A stretch of DNA of 64,000 nucleotides from the NCBI GenBank assembly GCA_947630625.1, contig CANRIL010000001.1:47355-111354 (forward strand), written 5' to 3'. This DNA is from an uncultured Clostridia bacterium. GTDB lineage: Bacteria > Bacillota > Clostridia > Oscillospirales > CAG-272. The notes under the pieces are model-generated. The model was not told the DNA's origin, made no database searches, and saw only the letters and a program-made list of their open reading frames with translations. Numbering within the stretch: position 1 is the first letter of the stretch; each line of letters opens with the position of its first letter. Position numbers and translations under genes: made by a program. Shown here in pieces: positions 18,252-28,306 of this stretch.

Positions 18252-20181
18252 CACGCCGAAACAAAAGGTCGACAAGAGAAAGCTTGTCATCCGGGTCATC
18301 GCGTGGATACTCGTACTAATGACCGTCGTCACGACGCTTTACACCGCGATCTACTTTATCGTAATGGGCGTAAACGCGGCAGATGACACGAAGGGCGACC
18401 TTTCCATTGCCGTCGGAATTCTCTACGGCTCGAATATGGACGTTGCGCTGACGGCAGAGACGACGAACGGTTTTACGGTCGGCTCAGAAAAGCTCGAAAA
18501 GTATGATAAGACTTTTTCCGAGATTTGGTCGCTGCCCGGATATAAAAGAGTCACTGTCCTCTGTGACAAGAATTATGCCAAGGTAGGGGACGCGTACAGG
18601 GTAAACGATTCTCCGAATGTCGGCGCGTACCGCGTCGACGCCGGGGTGGAGTTCAAAACGAAGGACGAGCTTGAAGCGCAGATCGAGATCGTTTCCGAGG
18701 CGCTTGGAGAAAAAGATATCGACATCGTTCCGGCATACATAAACAAAACGTACCGGCTTCGTCTCGGCGGATATCTGACATCGGAGGCAGCCGAGGCTGC
18801 AATTGAAGAGCTGAAAGCGCTTTTGCCGGAGATGACACTCACCGTCAAGTCTCCGTCAAAAACAGGGACGTTTGCGGTCGACCACAGTTCGATGAAGGCA
18901 CTTTTCGAATACGACTGCGGGACTGACGAGGTCCTTGCGTTTGACGCGATCGACGACAGCGACGGAAAAGAAGCATATCTGACGATGTATAACGGCAACC
19001 TTTACGATGGCGTGCTTGTGTTCAAGCGCGCGACCGTGGGGACGAAAGAGGGGATCGAGACTATCACTGTCGTCCCGCTCGAAAGATATGTAATGGGCGT
19101 CATCCCTTACGAGATATCAAATTCATGGCCGCTTGAAACGCAGAAGGCGTTCGCGATCGTGGCGCGCACGTTCGCGGTCGAGCAGCTTGGAAAGCACTGG
19201 AACCAGTACGGCTTCAACGTCTGCGCGGCATCGAACTGTCAGGTATACCGCGGCGTCAAGAGCGTCAACGACAGGGTAAGAGAGGCCGTCAATTCTACCG
19301 AAGGTCAGATTACGACATACAAGGGAAAGATCGCGGGCGTTTATTACAGTTCAAGCACGGGCAACTGCACGGCGGACGTTAAGAGCGTCTGGGGCGGAAG
19401 CATCGAATGGCTGACCGGCGTTGAAACGCCGTGGGAGGACTACCTCAATCACACAAACGCATTCTGGACGGCTGAGGTTTCGCCGAAGGAGCTTTGCGAG
19501 TATCTCAACAGCAAAGGGTATACTAAGCTTAAGGGAGAGATCGAAAGCATTACGATAACGTCAACAGCGGGCGCGAACTCGACTTACGTTTCCGGCATTA
19601 CGATCAAGGATAAATCCGGCAACATCGAGACGATAAGCCGCTGCGACAAAGTAAGAAGCGCATTCTCAAAATATGTGAACAGCGCAAACTTTGTTGTCGG
19701 CAAGGGAGAAGTATCGTATACGGAGTATACGAAGACCGTTCCGCCGCAGACACCGGTTTTGCCCGGCGGCGATGACGTTGTTGAAAACAGCTTGTTCTCG
19801 ATCATCACACGTTCGGGGCTTTCAGAGTTTGATTTCGGTGAAGGCGTGAGCGTCATTACCGGAAACGGAACGATTTCATATATGCCTGATGAAACTGTCA
19901 CTGTGATCACGGCAAACGGTAAGGTTACAGCCAACATCACGGACGGCAGCACGACCGACGAAGGCGGGAGCGAGAATAATGAAGCCGTCATCGTTACAAA
20001 AACGATGAAAGCCGATGATCCCGACAACTTTATCTTTGTCGGAAAAGGCTGGGGGCACGGCGTAGGGCTTTCGCAGTGGGGCTTGCGCGACCTTGCAAAC
20101 ATGAACCTCGATTTCGTTTCAATGCTCGAAGCGTACTGTCCGGGCATAGAGTTAGGCAATTATAAGGATTATGTCAAATAA
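18238..20181 (+). CDS. SpoIID/LytB-domain protein with SPOR-like module and N-terminal TM anchor
   Basis: The ATG lies 14 nt inside the upstream gene. YRLRLGGYLTSEAAEAAIEELK is SPOR-like. SpoIID hallmarks are ERYVMGVIPYEI...ETQKAFAIVARTFA, C..S..CQVY and GKGWGHGVGLSQWG. Confidence 0.85.
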   Translation: MRSNNTPKQKVDKRKLVIRVIAWILVLMTVVTTLYTAIYFIVMGVNAADDTKGDLSIAVGILYGSNMDVALTAETTNGFTVGSEKLEKYDKTFSEIWSLPGYKRVTVLCDKNYAKVGDAYRVNDSPNVGAYRVDAGVEFKTKDELEAQIEIVSEALGEKDIDIVPAYINKTYRLRLGGYLTSEAAEAAIEELKALLPEMTLTVKSPSKTGTFAVDHSSMKALFEYDCGTDEVLAFDAIDDSDGKEAYLTMYNGNLYDGVLVFKRATVGTKEGIETITVVPLERYVMGVIPYEISNSWPLETQKAFAIVARTFAVEQLGKHWNQYGFNVCAASNCQVYRGVKSVNDRVREAVNSTEGQITTYKGKIAGVYYSSSTGNCTADVKSVWGGSIEWLTGVETPWEDYLNHTNAFWTAEVSPKELCEYLNSKGYTKLKGEIESITITSTAGANSTYVSGITIKDKSGNIETISRCDKVRSAFSKYVNSANFVVGKGEVSYTEYTKTVPPQTPVLPGGDDVVENSLFSIITRSGLSEFDFGEGVSVITGNGTISYMPDETVTVITANGKVTANITDGSTTDEGGSENNEAVIVTKTMKADDPDNFIFVGKGWGHGVGLSQWGLRDLANMNLDFVSMLEAYCPGIELGNYKDYVK

Positions 20182-20203
20182 AAAATAGCCGGATATGACG
20201 AAA

Positions 20204-20240
20204 CGCCGCGCAGCTTTTAAGCTGCGCGGCGTCCTTTTTT
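20204..20240 (+). terminator. rho-independent terminator
   Basis: CGCCGCGCAGC (20204-20214) / GCTGCGCGGCG (20221-20231), followed by TCCTTTTTT. Confidence 0.85.
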
Positions 20241-20271
20241 GACGGTGCCGTATAAGGTTTTTCCCAAGTGA

Positions 20272-22773
20272 TTACATATCGTATTTGGCTGCAAGCCTTG
20301 CCGGCGGCATGGCGAGAAGCCTGATAAGTGGGATGAGCGAGACTGCGATATAGTATAAAACTATGAGAAGCGTAACGAGAACGGTTACAGGCAAGGGAAG
20401 AATTATCGCGATATCCACCGCCTCAGTCATACTCAAGATGGAGATTGCGGCTCCGACGATGACGGCTGTCGGAATTACGGTTTCAAGCGCCGTCAGCAGG
20501 GATTCCAAAAAGAATATGATGTGCGTCTTTCTCTTCGGGATGCCAAGCAGTCTATAGACGGCGAGAAGCTTGATCCGGTTGCCCGCCTGCGTGCGGCAGA
20601 GGATGTAAAGCATGACGAAGCACAGCACGATGACCGTTATAGTTACAATTGATCTTGCGTCCGTGCGGAGCCTCGCCGCCTCGGTGTATGCGCGCATCTG
20701 AGTTCCGTACGGGTCGGAAACGTTTACGACAATGTATCCGGCCTTCTCGTCGTCGCTTGGCGATAAAAGATGTCGGATCATTTCATCCTTGTCGGGACAG
20801 TAAATTGAGAACAGCCCGCTTGAAAAGCTCGATCTCACAATGTCTTGGACGTTTGAATCAGGGATGATGATCGACGCGGTCAGATCCTTGATGTCGACGC
20901 TGTCTGTAATGAGAAAATAGTTATTGCCGAAGCGGAATGTGGCTCCGGTGCCGACTTTGTTTTCCCATATATATCCGGCGGCTGGCAGGTTGATGATAGA
21001 GCCAGATTCATTAATTTCAAGATCGTCGTATTCGCCCGGATACATCGCCTTGAGTTCCGAAAGCGTTATGATGTTTCCTCCGCCCGAACAGACGCACGCC
21101 ATCGTTGTCGGCAGCATGAACACAGACCTTTCGCCGCAGTCTGAAATGCCGACTATCTTCAGAGACAGGTCGCGGCTGTTGTACGAAAACGTCCTGTCGA
21201 GGAAAAATTCCGGATCGGTCACACTGTTCGCGTAGAGTTCGTTCGTTTTAAGCATCGCGTCGAGCACGATCCGGTCAACGACGATCTCTTCACGGTTCTG
21301 CGGCATTCTTCCGTACATCAGCGTGCTTTCGTCAAACCGCTCTATCGGAACGACGCTGAACGAGGGGGAACGGAGAGTGACCGATTCGAGCTGGACGAAC
21401 AGCGCCGCGTCAACCGAGAACGGCGTTGAAATATTCGGCAGAAAATCAAATTCAAGCCCGCAGTCCTCAAGCGCGTCTATGTAATCGGAACGTATCTCGG
21501 CTGGGGAGCGATTCAGGCCGAGGCTCGGATCGCTGTCGTCCTTCAAGTCATAATTCGAACCCTGCTTCAGCTCGATATTCAGAACGTGTGAATCGGTTAT
21601 GATAAAGTCCTCTGGGTTGATCGTCGACAGCTTTATATAGTCGCCGGTCATCCACAGTGTGAGGGCTGTCAGGAGTATGAGGAACAACCGTATGCCGATG
21701 CGCCGTGCGCCTTTCCCGCGCTTCAGGCTCCGCGCTTCGCGGAACATGATCGGCAGCGTGACTCCGCTGCCGGGGGCGGCATCATCGGCGGGAGGGGAAT
21801 TGAAAAGCGCGAGCTGTGATTCCGATTCCTGCCGGTCGACCTCTTCAAGTGTCAGCACGGGCGGCGCGCCTTCAATTATTTTCGGCTCGTCGTCGGGCGT
21901 GCCGAGCTGAATATTCCGGCTGTCGGCGAGCTTGATGACGATACGGTCATCGAGGACGGCGACGGTCAGCTCGACCGGCGAGGCTCCCGGAGCCTCGATC
22001 AGGCGCAGCGTTACGCTGTCGTCCTTTGACGTTTTATCGTTCAGTCCCTCGGTGTAAATTGTCTGGTTCGTGCCGCACGGAAGCGCGTCCCTGTCCCAGC
22101 TTTCGGAATCCGAGACGATCTCACCGTCCCGCAATGAGATTATGCGGTCGGCGAAGAAGCGCGCGATGCGCTCCTCGTGCGTGACCATTATGACAAGGCT
22201 GTTTTTTGATGCGCGGCGCAGGAGGGAACAGATATTGAGCGTGTTGGCCTCGTCGAGGTTTCCGGTCGGCTCATCCGCGAATATAACGCGCGGTCTGCGC
22301 GCGAGTGCGCGCGCGATCGCAACTCTCTGCTGCTGTCCGCCCGAAAGCTCGCCAACGTTTCGGTTTATGTACCTCTCCATGTCGACCGCACGGAGCGCTT
22401 GCCTGACACGGCGCAGCTTTTCCGAATGCGTAAGCTTAAGGCTGTGAAGCCCCATATAAACGTTATAAGCGGCGCTGTGCTCGTCGAGCAGGTAATAGTT
22501 CTGGAAGATATAGCCGAAGTTGCGGTTGCGCTCCGCTTCGTATGCGCGCGTGCCGTAGCTGTGAATGCTGACATTGTCTGTCGAGAGCGTGCCGTTATCA
22601 AACCGGTCAATTCCGCCTATAACATTCAAAAGACTCGTCTTTCCGCAGCCAGACGGACCGAGGATGCAGACAAAACCGTGATCGGGAAGATCGAATGAAA
22701 TGTCCTTTAAAACGTGATTGGCGTTTTTGCGGTGTTTGTCGTATGTCTTGTTCAGTTTTTCTGTCCTGATCAT
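20272..22773 (-). CDS. fused ABC ATPase / FtsX-type permease (MacB-like architecture)
   Basis: The N-terminal NBD has GPSGCGKTS, LSGGQQQR and FADEPTGNLD. It is followed by TM1, a ~320-aa extracytoplasmic domain and three C-terminal TMs. An AAGGAGG RBS is present, and the ATG overlaps the upstream stop (ATGA). Confidence 0.85.
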   Translation of the reverse strand: MIRTEKLNKTYDKHRKNANHVLKDISFDLPDHGFVCILGPSGCGKTSLLNVIGGIDRFDNGTLSTDNVSIHSYGTRAYEAERNRNFGYIFQNYYLLDEHSAAYNVYMGLHSLKLTHSEKLRRVRQALRAVDMERYINRNVGELSGGQQQRVAIARALARRPRVIFADEPTGNLDEANTLNICSLLRRASKNSLVIMVTHEERIARFFADRIISLRDGEIVSDSESWDRDALPCGTNQTIYTEGLNDKTSKDDSVTLRLIEAPGASPVELTVAVLDDRIVIKLADSRNIQLGTPDDEPKIIEGAPPVLTLEEVDRQESESQLALFNSPPADDAAPGSGVTLPIMFREARSLKRGKGARRIGIRLFLILLTALTLWMTGDYIKLSTINPEDFIITDSHVLNIELKQGSNYDLKDDSDPSLGLNRSPAEIRSDYIDALEDCGLEFDFLPNISTPFSVDAALFVQLESVTLRSPSFSVVPIERFDESTLMYGRMPQNREEIVVDRIVLDAMLKTNELYANSVTDPEFFLDRTFSYNSRDLSLKIVGISDCGERSVFMLPTTMACVCSGGGNIITLSELKAMYPGEYDDLEINESGSIINLPAAGYIWENKVGTGATFRFGNNYFLITDSVDIKDLTASIIIPDSNVQDIVRSSFSSGLFSIYCPDKDEMIRHLLSPSDDEKAGYIVVNVSDPYGTQMRAYTEAARLRTDARSIVTITVIVLCFVMLYILCRTQAGNRIKLLAVYRLLGIPKRKTHIIFFLESLLTALETVIPTAVIVGAAISILSMTEAVDIAIILPLPVTVLVTLLIVLYYIAVSLIPLIRLLAMPPARLAAKYDM

Positions 22774-25013
22774 TTCGCATCCTCCTTTTCATCAATTACT
22801 AAATCGCGGTTCTTCCACGCCATGGGATATACGTGCTTATCAATGCTGCGGAGCACGAAGATCGCCGCCAGCGCCGACGCCGCAATATGAACGGCGGACA
22901 GCAGTATGACGTATACGGCCGGCAGATAGCGCAGCATTTCCTCAATTCGCTCGACTCCGTTATACCCGCATATGAAGATCGCGAGCGCGCCCGCCGCCTG
23001 ACCGATGGCGGTGAAGATCAGTATCTGCCACAAAATCGACATGCGCGCGGTGCGTCCGGTCAGACCGATATTAGAGAGCGTTTTGAAGCTCTCCGTCTGC
23101 ACCGCGAACATCGCTATCAGAAGCAGGACCTGAAGCGCGAATACGACGACGAGCGCGGTGACGCAGATCTCAAGCGTCTGCATGCGCTCCGCCGCGAGCG
23201 TTTCATCCTGGGTCGTTGCGCCGAGCCTGTACGGAGACGCGGCGACAAATCCAAGCTTGTGAATGTCGCCGAGCACCCTGTCCGTATACGCGTAATCGTC
23301 AATAAACACAGACACTTGCGAGGAGTTCTCCGTTCCGGCGAGCACGTCATAATCCTCAGGCGATACGATATACAGTTTGGACATATATTTTACCGTGTGA
23401 TATTTCCGCGACCATGTGAGCGTCAGCGTGTCGCTGCCAAACGATTCCGGATCGGAGACATCGAACGTCCATTCAGGCGGAAGTTCGTTTTCGATCAACT
23501 GTCTGAATTTTTCAACGGCTGATTCGGCGCAGATGAATGTGCCTTTTTCAACCTTTGCGTCCGGTATGTACATGTTGTCCTTGTTCGCGCTCAGCGCGAT
23601 GTTTGAAAACATTCTGCCGACCTGATCGCTGAAATAGAGCCCTTTGCCGACATCTGTCAATCCGACGACTTCCATCTTTACCTTCATGAAGACGCCGGCA
23701 CCCCAGTGCTTGTTGTCGCAGAGGATGATGTCGATAATATCTCCGAGCTTTGCGACTCCGCGTTCCGCGACTACTTCAAAAAAAGTCTGCGGCGCGCGCC
23801 CGTCTCTTATAAATTCAGCGTTTCCGGGCAGAAGAGGTACTGTGCGGATGAACGGGGCGTTGACGCTTATTCTGTATAGCTCGGTGACGTTGTATTCGCC
23901 TGCCTGCGAGTTAGATTCGCCCTGGTATACTGTTTCAAAGTCGATCCCCTCACGGTACGCGTACCTGACATCGACCGCCATATCGTTTCGCTCAAGGTCC
24001 TTGACGTATCTGACGGAGAGCAGCTTTTCGTAGTCTTCATCAGTCATCGGCTCGCCGTCGACGGTTGAAACGACGATCCTTGACATGTCCCCGTTTTCGA
24101 ACGCTTTTGAATTATATACGTACGTGCTCGTGTCATCGAGATTGATGATGAAGACGCCGAGGAAGGCGAATACGGCAAACGCCGTCAGGGCAAATATAAG
24201 CCCGACGATGAATGACCAGATCGGACGGCTGCCGATCTGAAGTCCGGCAACGTAAAGTCCGAGCTTTTGCTTTTTGTTCTTTTCCGCCATCAAGACGCTG
24301 GGCGTGTTTTCGGGCTCGGACGCTGGGCGAAGCGGAACGTCGGAAACGACATTGCCGTCCCGAAGAACGATATGGCGCGTCGCGTATCCTTCCGCCTCAG
24401 AAAACTCGTGCGTTATGAGCAGAACGAGCCTGTCCCGCGCGACCTTCGCAAGCAGCTCGATTATTTTCGCGCTGTTTTCCGCGTCAAGGTTGCCTGTCGG
24501 TTCGTCGGCGATGAGGATCGGAGCCGGTTTTGCAAGCGCGCGGGCGATGCTGAGGCGCTGTTTCTGACCGCTGGAGAGCTTTGCGGCGCGGCGTCTTCTG
24601 ATCTCCCACAGCTCAACCTCGCGAAGTATGTCCTCCGCCGCCGAATGCGCGCTCTTTTTGTCCATCCCGGAAAGCAAAAGTGCGCTCGTGACGTTGCGGA
24701 GCACGCTGGCGCCGGGAAGTATGCCGTAGTTCTGCGAGATAAAGCTGATGTTGTCCCGGCGGTACTGTTCCCAGTCGAGCGCGTCATAGTGGGACGTGCG
24801 CCCGCCGTTAAAGAACATCTCGCCGTTTTCGTATGGCAGAATGCCGCCGATAACGTGCGCGAGCGTCGATTTTCCGCTGCCGCTTTCACCTGTGATCGCG
24901 ACAAATTCACCGCGTGAGAATGAAAGATTGATCCCGTCAAGCCCCATGACTACGGATTGGCTGCCGGCGTAATATTTCTTTATGTCAGTAAGCTCAAGTA
25001 TCTTGCGTTCCAT
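22770..25013 (-). CDS. fused ABC ATPase / FtsX-type permease (MacB-like architecture), paralog of the downstream gene
   Basis: ATG 25013 (MERKILELTDIKKYY) is preferred, because the ORF-track extension to 25151 is Arg/Pro-rich and unlike an NBD N-terminus. Motifs are GESGSGKST, LSSGQKQR and IADEPTGNLD. It has one TM, a large external domain and three TMs. Confidence 0.85.
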   Translation of the reverse strand: MERKILELTDIKKYYAGSQSVVMGLDGINLSFSRGEFVAITGESGSGKSTLAHVIGGILPYENGEMFFNGGRTSHYDALDWEQYRRDNISFISQNYGILPGASVLRNVTSALLLSGMDKKSAHSAAEDILREVELWEIRRRRAAKLSSGQKQRLSIARALAKPAPILIADEPTGNLDAENSAKIIELLAKVARDRLVLLITHEFSEAEGYATRHIVLRDGNVVSDVPLRPASEPENTPSVLMAEKNKKQKLGLYVAGLQIGSRPIWSFIVGLIFALTAFAVFAFLGVFIINLDDTSTYVYNSKAFENGDMSRIVVSTVDGEPMTDEDYEKLLSVRYVKDLERNDMAVDVRYAYREGIDFETVYQGESNSQAGEYNVTELYRISVNAPFIRTVPLLPGNAEFIRDGRAPQTFFEVVAERGVAKLGDIIDIILCDNKHWGAGVFMKVKMEVVGLTDVGKGLYFSDQVGRMFSNIALSANKDNMYIPDAKVEKGTFICAESAVEKFRQLIENELPPEWTFDVSDPESFGSDTLTLTWSRKYHTVKYMSKLYIVSPEDYDVLAGTENSSQVSVFIDDYAYTDRVLGDIHKLGFVAASPYRLGATTQDETLAAERMQTLEICVTALVVVFALQVLLLIAMFAVQTESFKTLSNIGLTGRTARMSILWQILIFTAIGQAAGALAIFICGYNGVERIEEMLRYLPAVYVILLSAVHIAASALAAIFVLRSIDKHVYPMAWKNRDLVIDEKEDAK

Positions 25014-25230
25014 TGATGATGCCTCGATCTCCCGCCGCGGGCGGGGAAGTATTTGCGGTTTTTTGTGCGTGTCACACTTTTTTGGCGGATATGAATATGA
25101 CGCCGTCAGGTTACACGACCGGCGGCGAGACGCTGCCGCTGACCGTTCCACGTATCCTTTATAGATATAGTATAAAAAAACGGAAAAAACGCAACACGAA
25201 ATTCGATATAAAAATTGATTATGGGACTTT

Positions 25231-25908
25231 TTATTCTATCAGTTCATAGTCGCCGGATGAAAGATACGACAAAAGCTCCTCGTTATTTGTGATCGGCGTT
25301 TTTGTCACGATGCCTCCGAGCGGCATATGCTCCGGATTGTGGAAATCCGTTCCCGATATGCCGCGCAGTCCCGTGGCTTTCGCCCACGCTTTCGCGATGT
25401 CGTTGTGCGACTCGTGCCACGGGGACATGTTCGCGACCTCGATCCCGTCGAGAAGGCGCGGGTCTGTCACCATCATCGTGGGACGGAACGGGTGCGCCTG
25501 AAATATCATGCAGCCGTGCTCGTGAACCGTGCGCGAGAGCGCGTCGATCCCGCCGCGCATCTGGCGCGGGTCGCCGAGGTCGGCGAGAAATTCACGCGTC
25601 AATCCGTAGACAAGGTAGTCGCTGTTGTTTTCGCGGAAGAAGCGTATTTCCGCGCCGAGCAGGACGTGGAGTTTGCCCTTTGCCGCGGCGAGAAAATGAT
25701 CGTATGCGTCCATGAAGTAGTCAAGGCGTCCGCGCCATGTGCCTTCCTCAAGCTCGCGCGGGAATGTCCACGGGTTGATGTGCTCGGTGGATACGATCGT
25801 ATTATACCCGGCGGCGACGTATTTTTCAACTATCTGTTCGTGCGTCGCGTGCGCGCATGTGCTGACATGGACGCTGTGGCAGTGAAGCTCTGTTTTATAA
25901 CCGTTCAT
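25231..25908 (-). CDS. PHP-domain metal-dependent phosphoesterase
   Basis: 225 aa. It starts ELHCHSVHVS (the HxH of PHP) and also has STEH, QAHPF and GTDFH. The ATG lies 2 nt after the stop of the glycyl radical enzyme gene. Confidence 0.8.
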   Translation of the reverse strand: MNGYKTELHCHSVHVSTCAHATHEQIVEKYVAAGYNTIVSTEHINPWTFPRELEEGTWRGRLDYFMDAYDHFLAAAKGKLHVLLGAEIRFFRENNSDYLVYGLTREFLADLGDPRQMRGGIDALSRTVHEHGCMIFQAHPFRPTMMVTDPRLLDGIEVANMSPWHESHNDIAKAWAKATGLRGISGTDFHNPEHMPLGGIVTKTPITNNEELLSYLSSGDYELIE

Positions 25909-25910
25909 TT

Positions 25911-28274
25911 TTAAAAGGACTGCTCTGTGCGCTCAATTATTTCGTCCTGGAGCGCGCGGGAGAGATTGCGGAAGTGGTCTGAATATCCGGCGACACGGAC
26001 GATCAGGTCGCGGTATTCTTCGGGGTGTGCCTGTGCGTCGAGCAGCGTCTGTTTGTCAATGACGTTGAACTGTATGTGGTGCCCGTCCATCGAGAAATAC
26101 GTGCGTATCAGCGCCGCGAGGTTTTTCTTTCCGGCGTCGCCAGCGAGCACGGCGGGGGTGAATTTCTGATTCAAAAGCGTTCCGCCCGTGCGCAGATGGT
26201 CCATCTTCGCGCATGAACGGATGACGGCGGTCGGTCCGTGCGTGTCTGCTCCCTTGTCAGGGGAGATGCCCTCTGACACGGGCTTTGCGGCGAGCCTGCC
26301 GTTCGGGGACGCCTGCATGACCTCGCCGAAATAGACGTGGCAGGTCGTCGGCAGCATGTTGACGCGGTATTGTCCGCCGCGCACGTTCGGGCGGCCTGTT
26401 ATTGTCCGCTGGTAGAAATCGAAGACGGACTGCATGATGTCGTCAGCGTAATCGTCATCGTTGCCGTAAAACGGTGTTTCGGTGCGAATTTTGTGGTACA
26501 TGTCACCGTACTGCTCGCCTTCAAAATTCGCCTCCATAGCTCTGGTCAGCTCTCTGAGCGTGAAGTCCCCGTTTTCGTAGACATGGCGCTTTATCGAGGA
26601 AAGCGAGTCCGTTATCGTGCCGATGCCGACGCCCTGAATATATGAGGTATTGTAACGCGCGCCTCCGGCGTTATAGTCGCGACCGGTGGCTATGCAGTCG
26701 TTTGTGATGATCGAGAGGAAGGGAACGGGCATATAATCGGCGTAGATGCGCTCGATGATCGCGCTGCCGTTGATCTTTATATTTATGAAGTGTTCCATCT
26801 GGCGGCAGAACGCGGAATAGAGCTTTTCATACGAGTCAAAATCCTCCGGCTCGCCGAGTCTTAGTCCTATCGTTTTGCCCGTGTAATGGTCGTAGCCGTT
26901 ATAAAGAGTCAGTTCAAGTATCTTCGGGATGTTGAAATATCCTGTCAGAATGTAAGCCTCGTTTCCGAAAGCGCCCGTCTCAACGCAGCCGCTCGTTCCG
27001 CCGCGGCGGGCGTCCGCAAGCGATTTTCCGGCGGCGAGCAGCTCCTGCACGATCGCCTCCGTGTTGTAAAACGCGGGCTGCCCCCACCCCTTTGACGCGA
27101 TCTCGCACGCGCGCATGAGGAATTTGTTCGGCGTTTTGCGGCTTATCTGCACGTTGGAGCTCGGCTGCAAAAGCTTCATCTCGTCCATGCAGTCGAGGAT
27201 CAGATATGATACGGGGTTGACGCCGTCTTCGCCGTCAGGCGTGATGCCGCCCGTGTTGATGTTGGCGAAATCCGTATATGTGCCGCTCTCCTTAAGCGTG
27301 ACGCCGACCTTCGGCGGCGCGGGCTGATTGTTGAACTTGACCCACAGGCATTCGAGCAGCTCAAGCGCCTGTTCGCTTGTGAGCGTGCCGTTCTGAACGT
27401 CCGCCTTATAAAACGGGTACACGTGCTGGTCGAGCCTGCCGGGCGAATATGCGTCCCAGGGGTTGAGCTCGCTCGTGACGCAGAGATGAACGAACCAGTA
27501 CATCTGGAGCGCCTGATGAAACGTCCTCGGGGCGAATTCCGGCACGACTGAGCAGTTCTCGGCAATTTTCAGGAGGTCAGCCTTCCACTCCTCGTCCGTT
27601 TCCGTTTCGGCGAGCGAAAGCGCGAGCTCGGCATATCTTCTCCCGAGCGTGATTATCGCGTCGCACGCGATGCTCATCGCAGAAAGCTCTTCGCGGCGGC
27701 GGTACGCCTCCGGGTCGTTTTGATAGTCAAGCTTTGATATCGCCTCTGCGATGTCGCGCTTGTAATCGGAGAAGCCCTTGTTGTAAATTTTATCTGAGCA
27801 GACCGTGTGGCCGGGGCCGCGCTGTTCCATGAATTCGGTGAATATCCCGGCGGCGTAAGCGTCGCGCCATTCGTCGGACATTGCCGAGAGGATGCGGTGG
27901 CGGATCGAGCGGTTCTCCCAGTAGGGGATGATCTCCTCGGCGTGCCACTTGCGCTGCTCTTCTGTATTTTTGAAGAAGATGATCTCGCGGTCGTTCATTA
28001 TCTTTAAATCCTCGACCGTATGGCAGCAAAGTTCGGGGAACGTCGGCGCTGCCTGCGGCTTGTCGCCCTTTTCGCCGACAATGAGCTCGCCGCGCTCGAT
28101 ATAGAGCGAGCGGTGCTTCATGAAGTGAAGGAGCGCGAGCGCCCGCATCTCAGGCGTCGAGACTGAGCCCTCCCATTTTTTATACGCTTCGGTGAAATAT
28201 TTTGCGCGCTCCATCGAAATGGACGGCGTTACTGTCGTGCTGATGTCGCGCAGCCGTTTAACTCTGTCTGTCAT
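25911..28274 (-). CDS. glycyl radical enzyme, most likely trans-4-hydroxy-L-proline dehydratase (HypD-like)
   Basis: 787 aa. It has the glycyl radical motif RVAGYSDHF (G763) and the thiyl loop TSGCVETG (C430, E432). Residues F148, H156, D274, S330, F336, Y446 and T643 line up, at a near-constant offset, with those I recall as catalytic in C. difficile HypD. An activase is encoded immediately upstream. Confidence 0.7.
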   Translation of the reverse strand: MTDRVKRLRDISTTVTPSISMERAKYFTEAYKKWEGSVSTPEMRALALLHFMKHRSLYIERGELIVGEKGDKPQAAPTFPELCCHTVEDLKIMNDREIIFFKNTEEQRKWHAEEIIPYWENRSIRHRILSAMSDEWRDAYAAGIFTEFMEQRGPGHTVCSDKIYNKGFSDYKRDIAEAISKLDYQNDPEAYRRREELSAMSIACDAIITLGRRYAELALSLAETETDEEWKADLLKIAENCSVVPEFAPRTFHQALQMYWFVHLCVTSELNPWDAYSPGRLDQHVYPFYKADVQNGTLTSEQALELLECLWVKFNNQPAPPKVGVTLKESGTYTDFANINTGGITPDGEDGVNPVSYLILDCMDEMKLLQPSSNVQISRKTPNKFLMRACEIASKGWGQPAFYNTEAIVQELLAAGKSLADARRGGTSGCVETGAFGNEAYILTGYFNIPKILELTLYNGYDHYTGKTIGLRLGEPEDFDSYEKLYSAFCRQMEHFINIKINGSAIIERIYADYMPVPFLSIITNDCIATGRDYNAGGARYNTSYIQGVGIGTITDSLSSIKRHVYENGDFTLRELTRAMEANFEGEQYGDMYHKIRTETPFYGNDDDYADDIMQSVFDFYQRTITGRPNVRGGQYRVNMLPTTCHVYFGEVMQASPNGRLAAKPVSEGISPDKGADTHGPTAVIRSCAKMDHLRTGGTLLNQKFTPAVLAGDAGKKNLAALIRTYFSMDGHHIQFNVIDKQTLLDAQAHPEEYRDLIVRVAGYSDHFRNLSRALQDEIIERTEQSF

Positions 28275-28306
28275 TATATTGATTCCTCCAAAGTTTAGTC
28301 TTATTT

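Noticed and set aside
25014-25151. 5' extensions of several ORF-track calls: 25151, 57995, 46161, 4796, 2395, 9658, 59630, 59806 and 60608.
   Set aside because: In each case an internal start has a GGAGG-type RBS at proper spacing. The extension either contains that RBS, overlaps a promoter or a neighbouring gene, or adds sequence foreign to the protein family.
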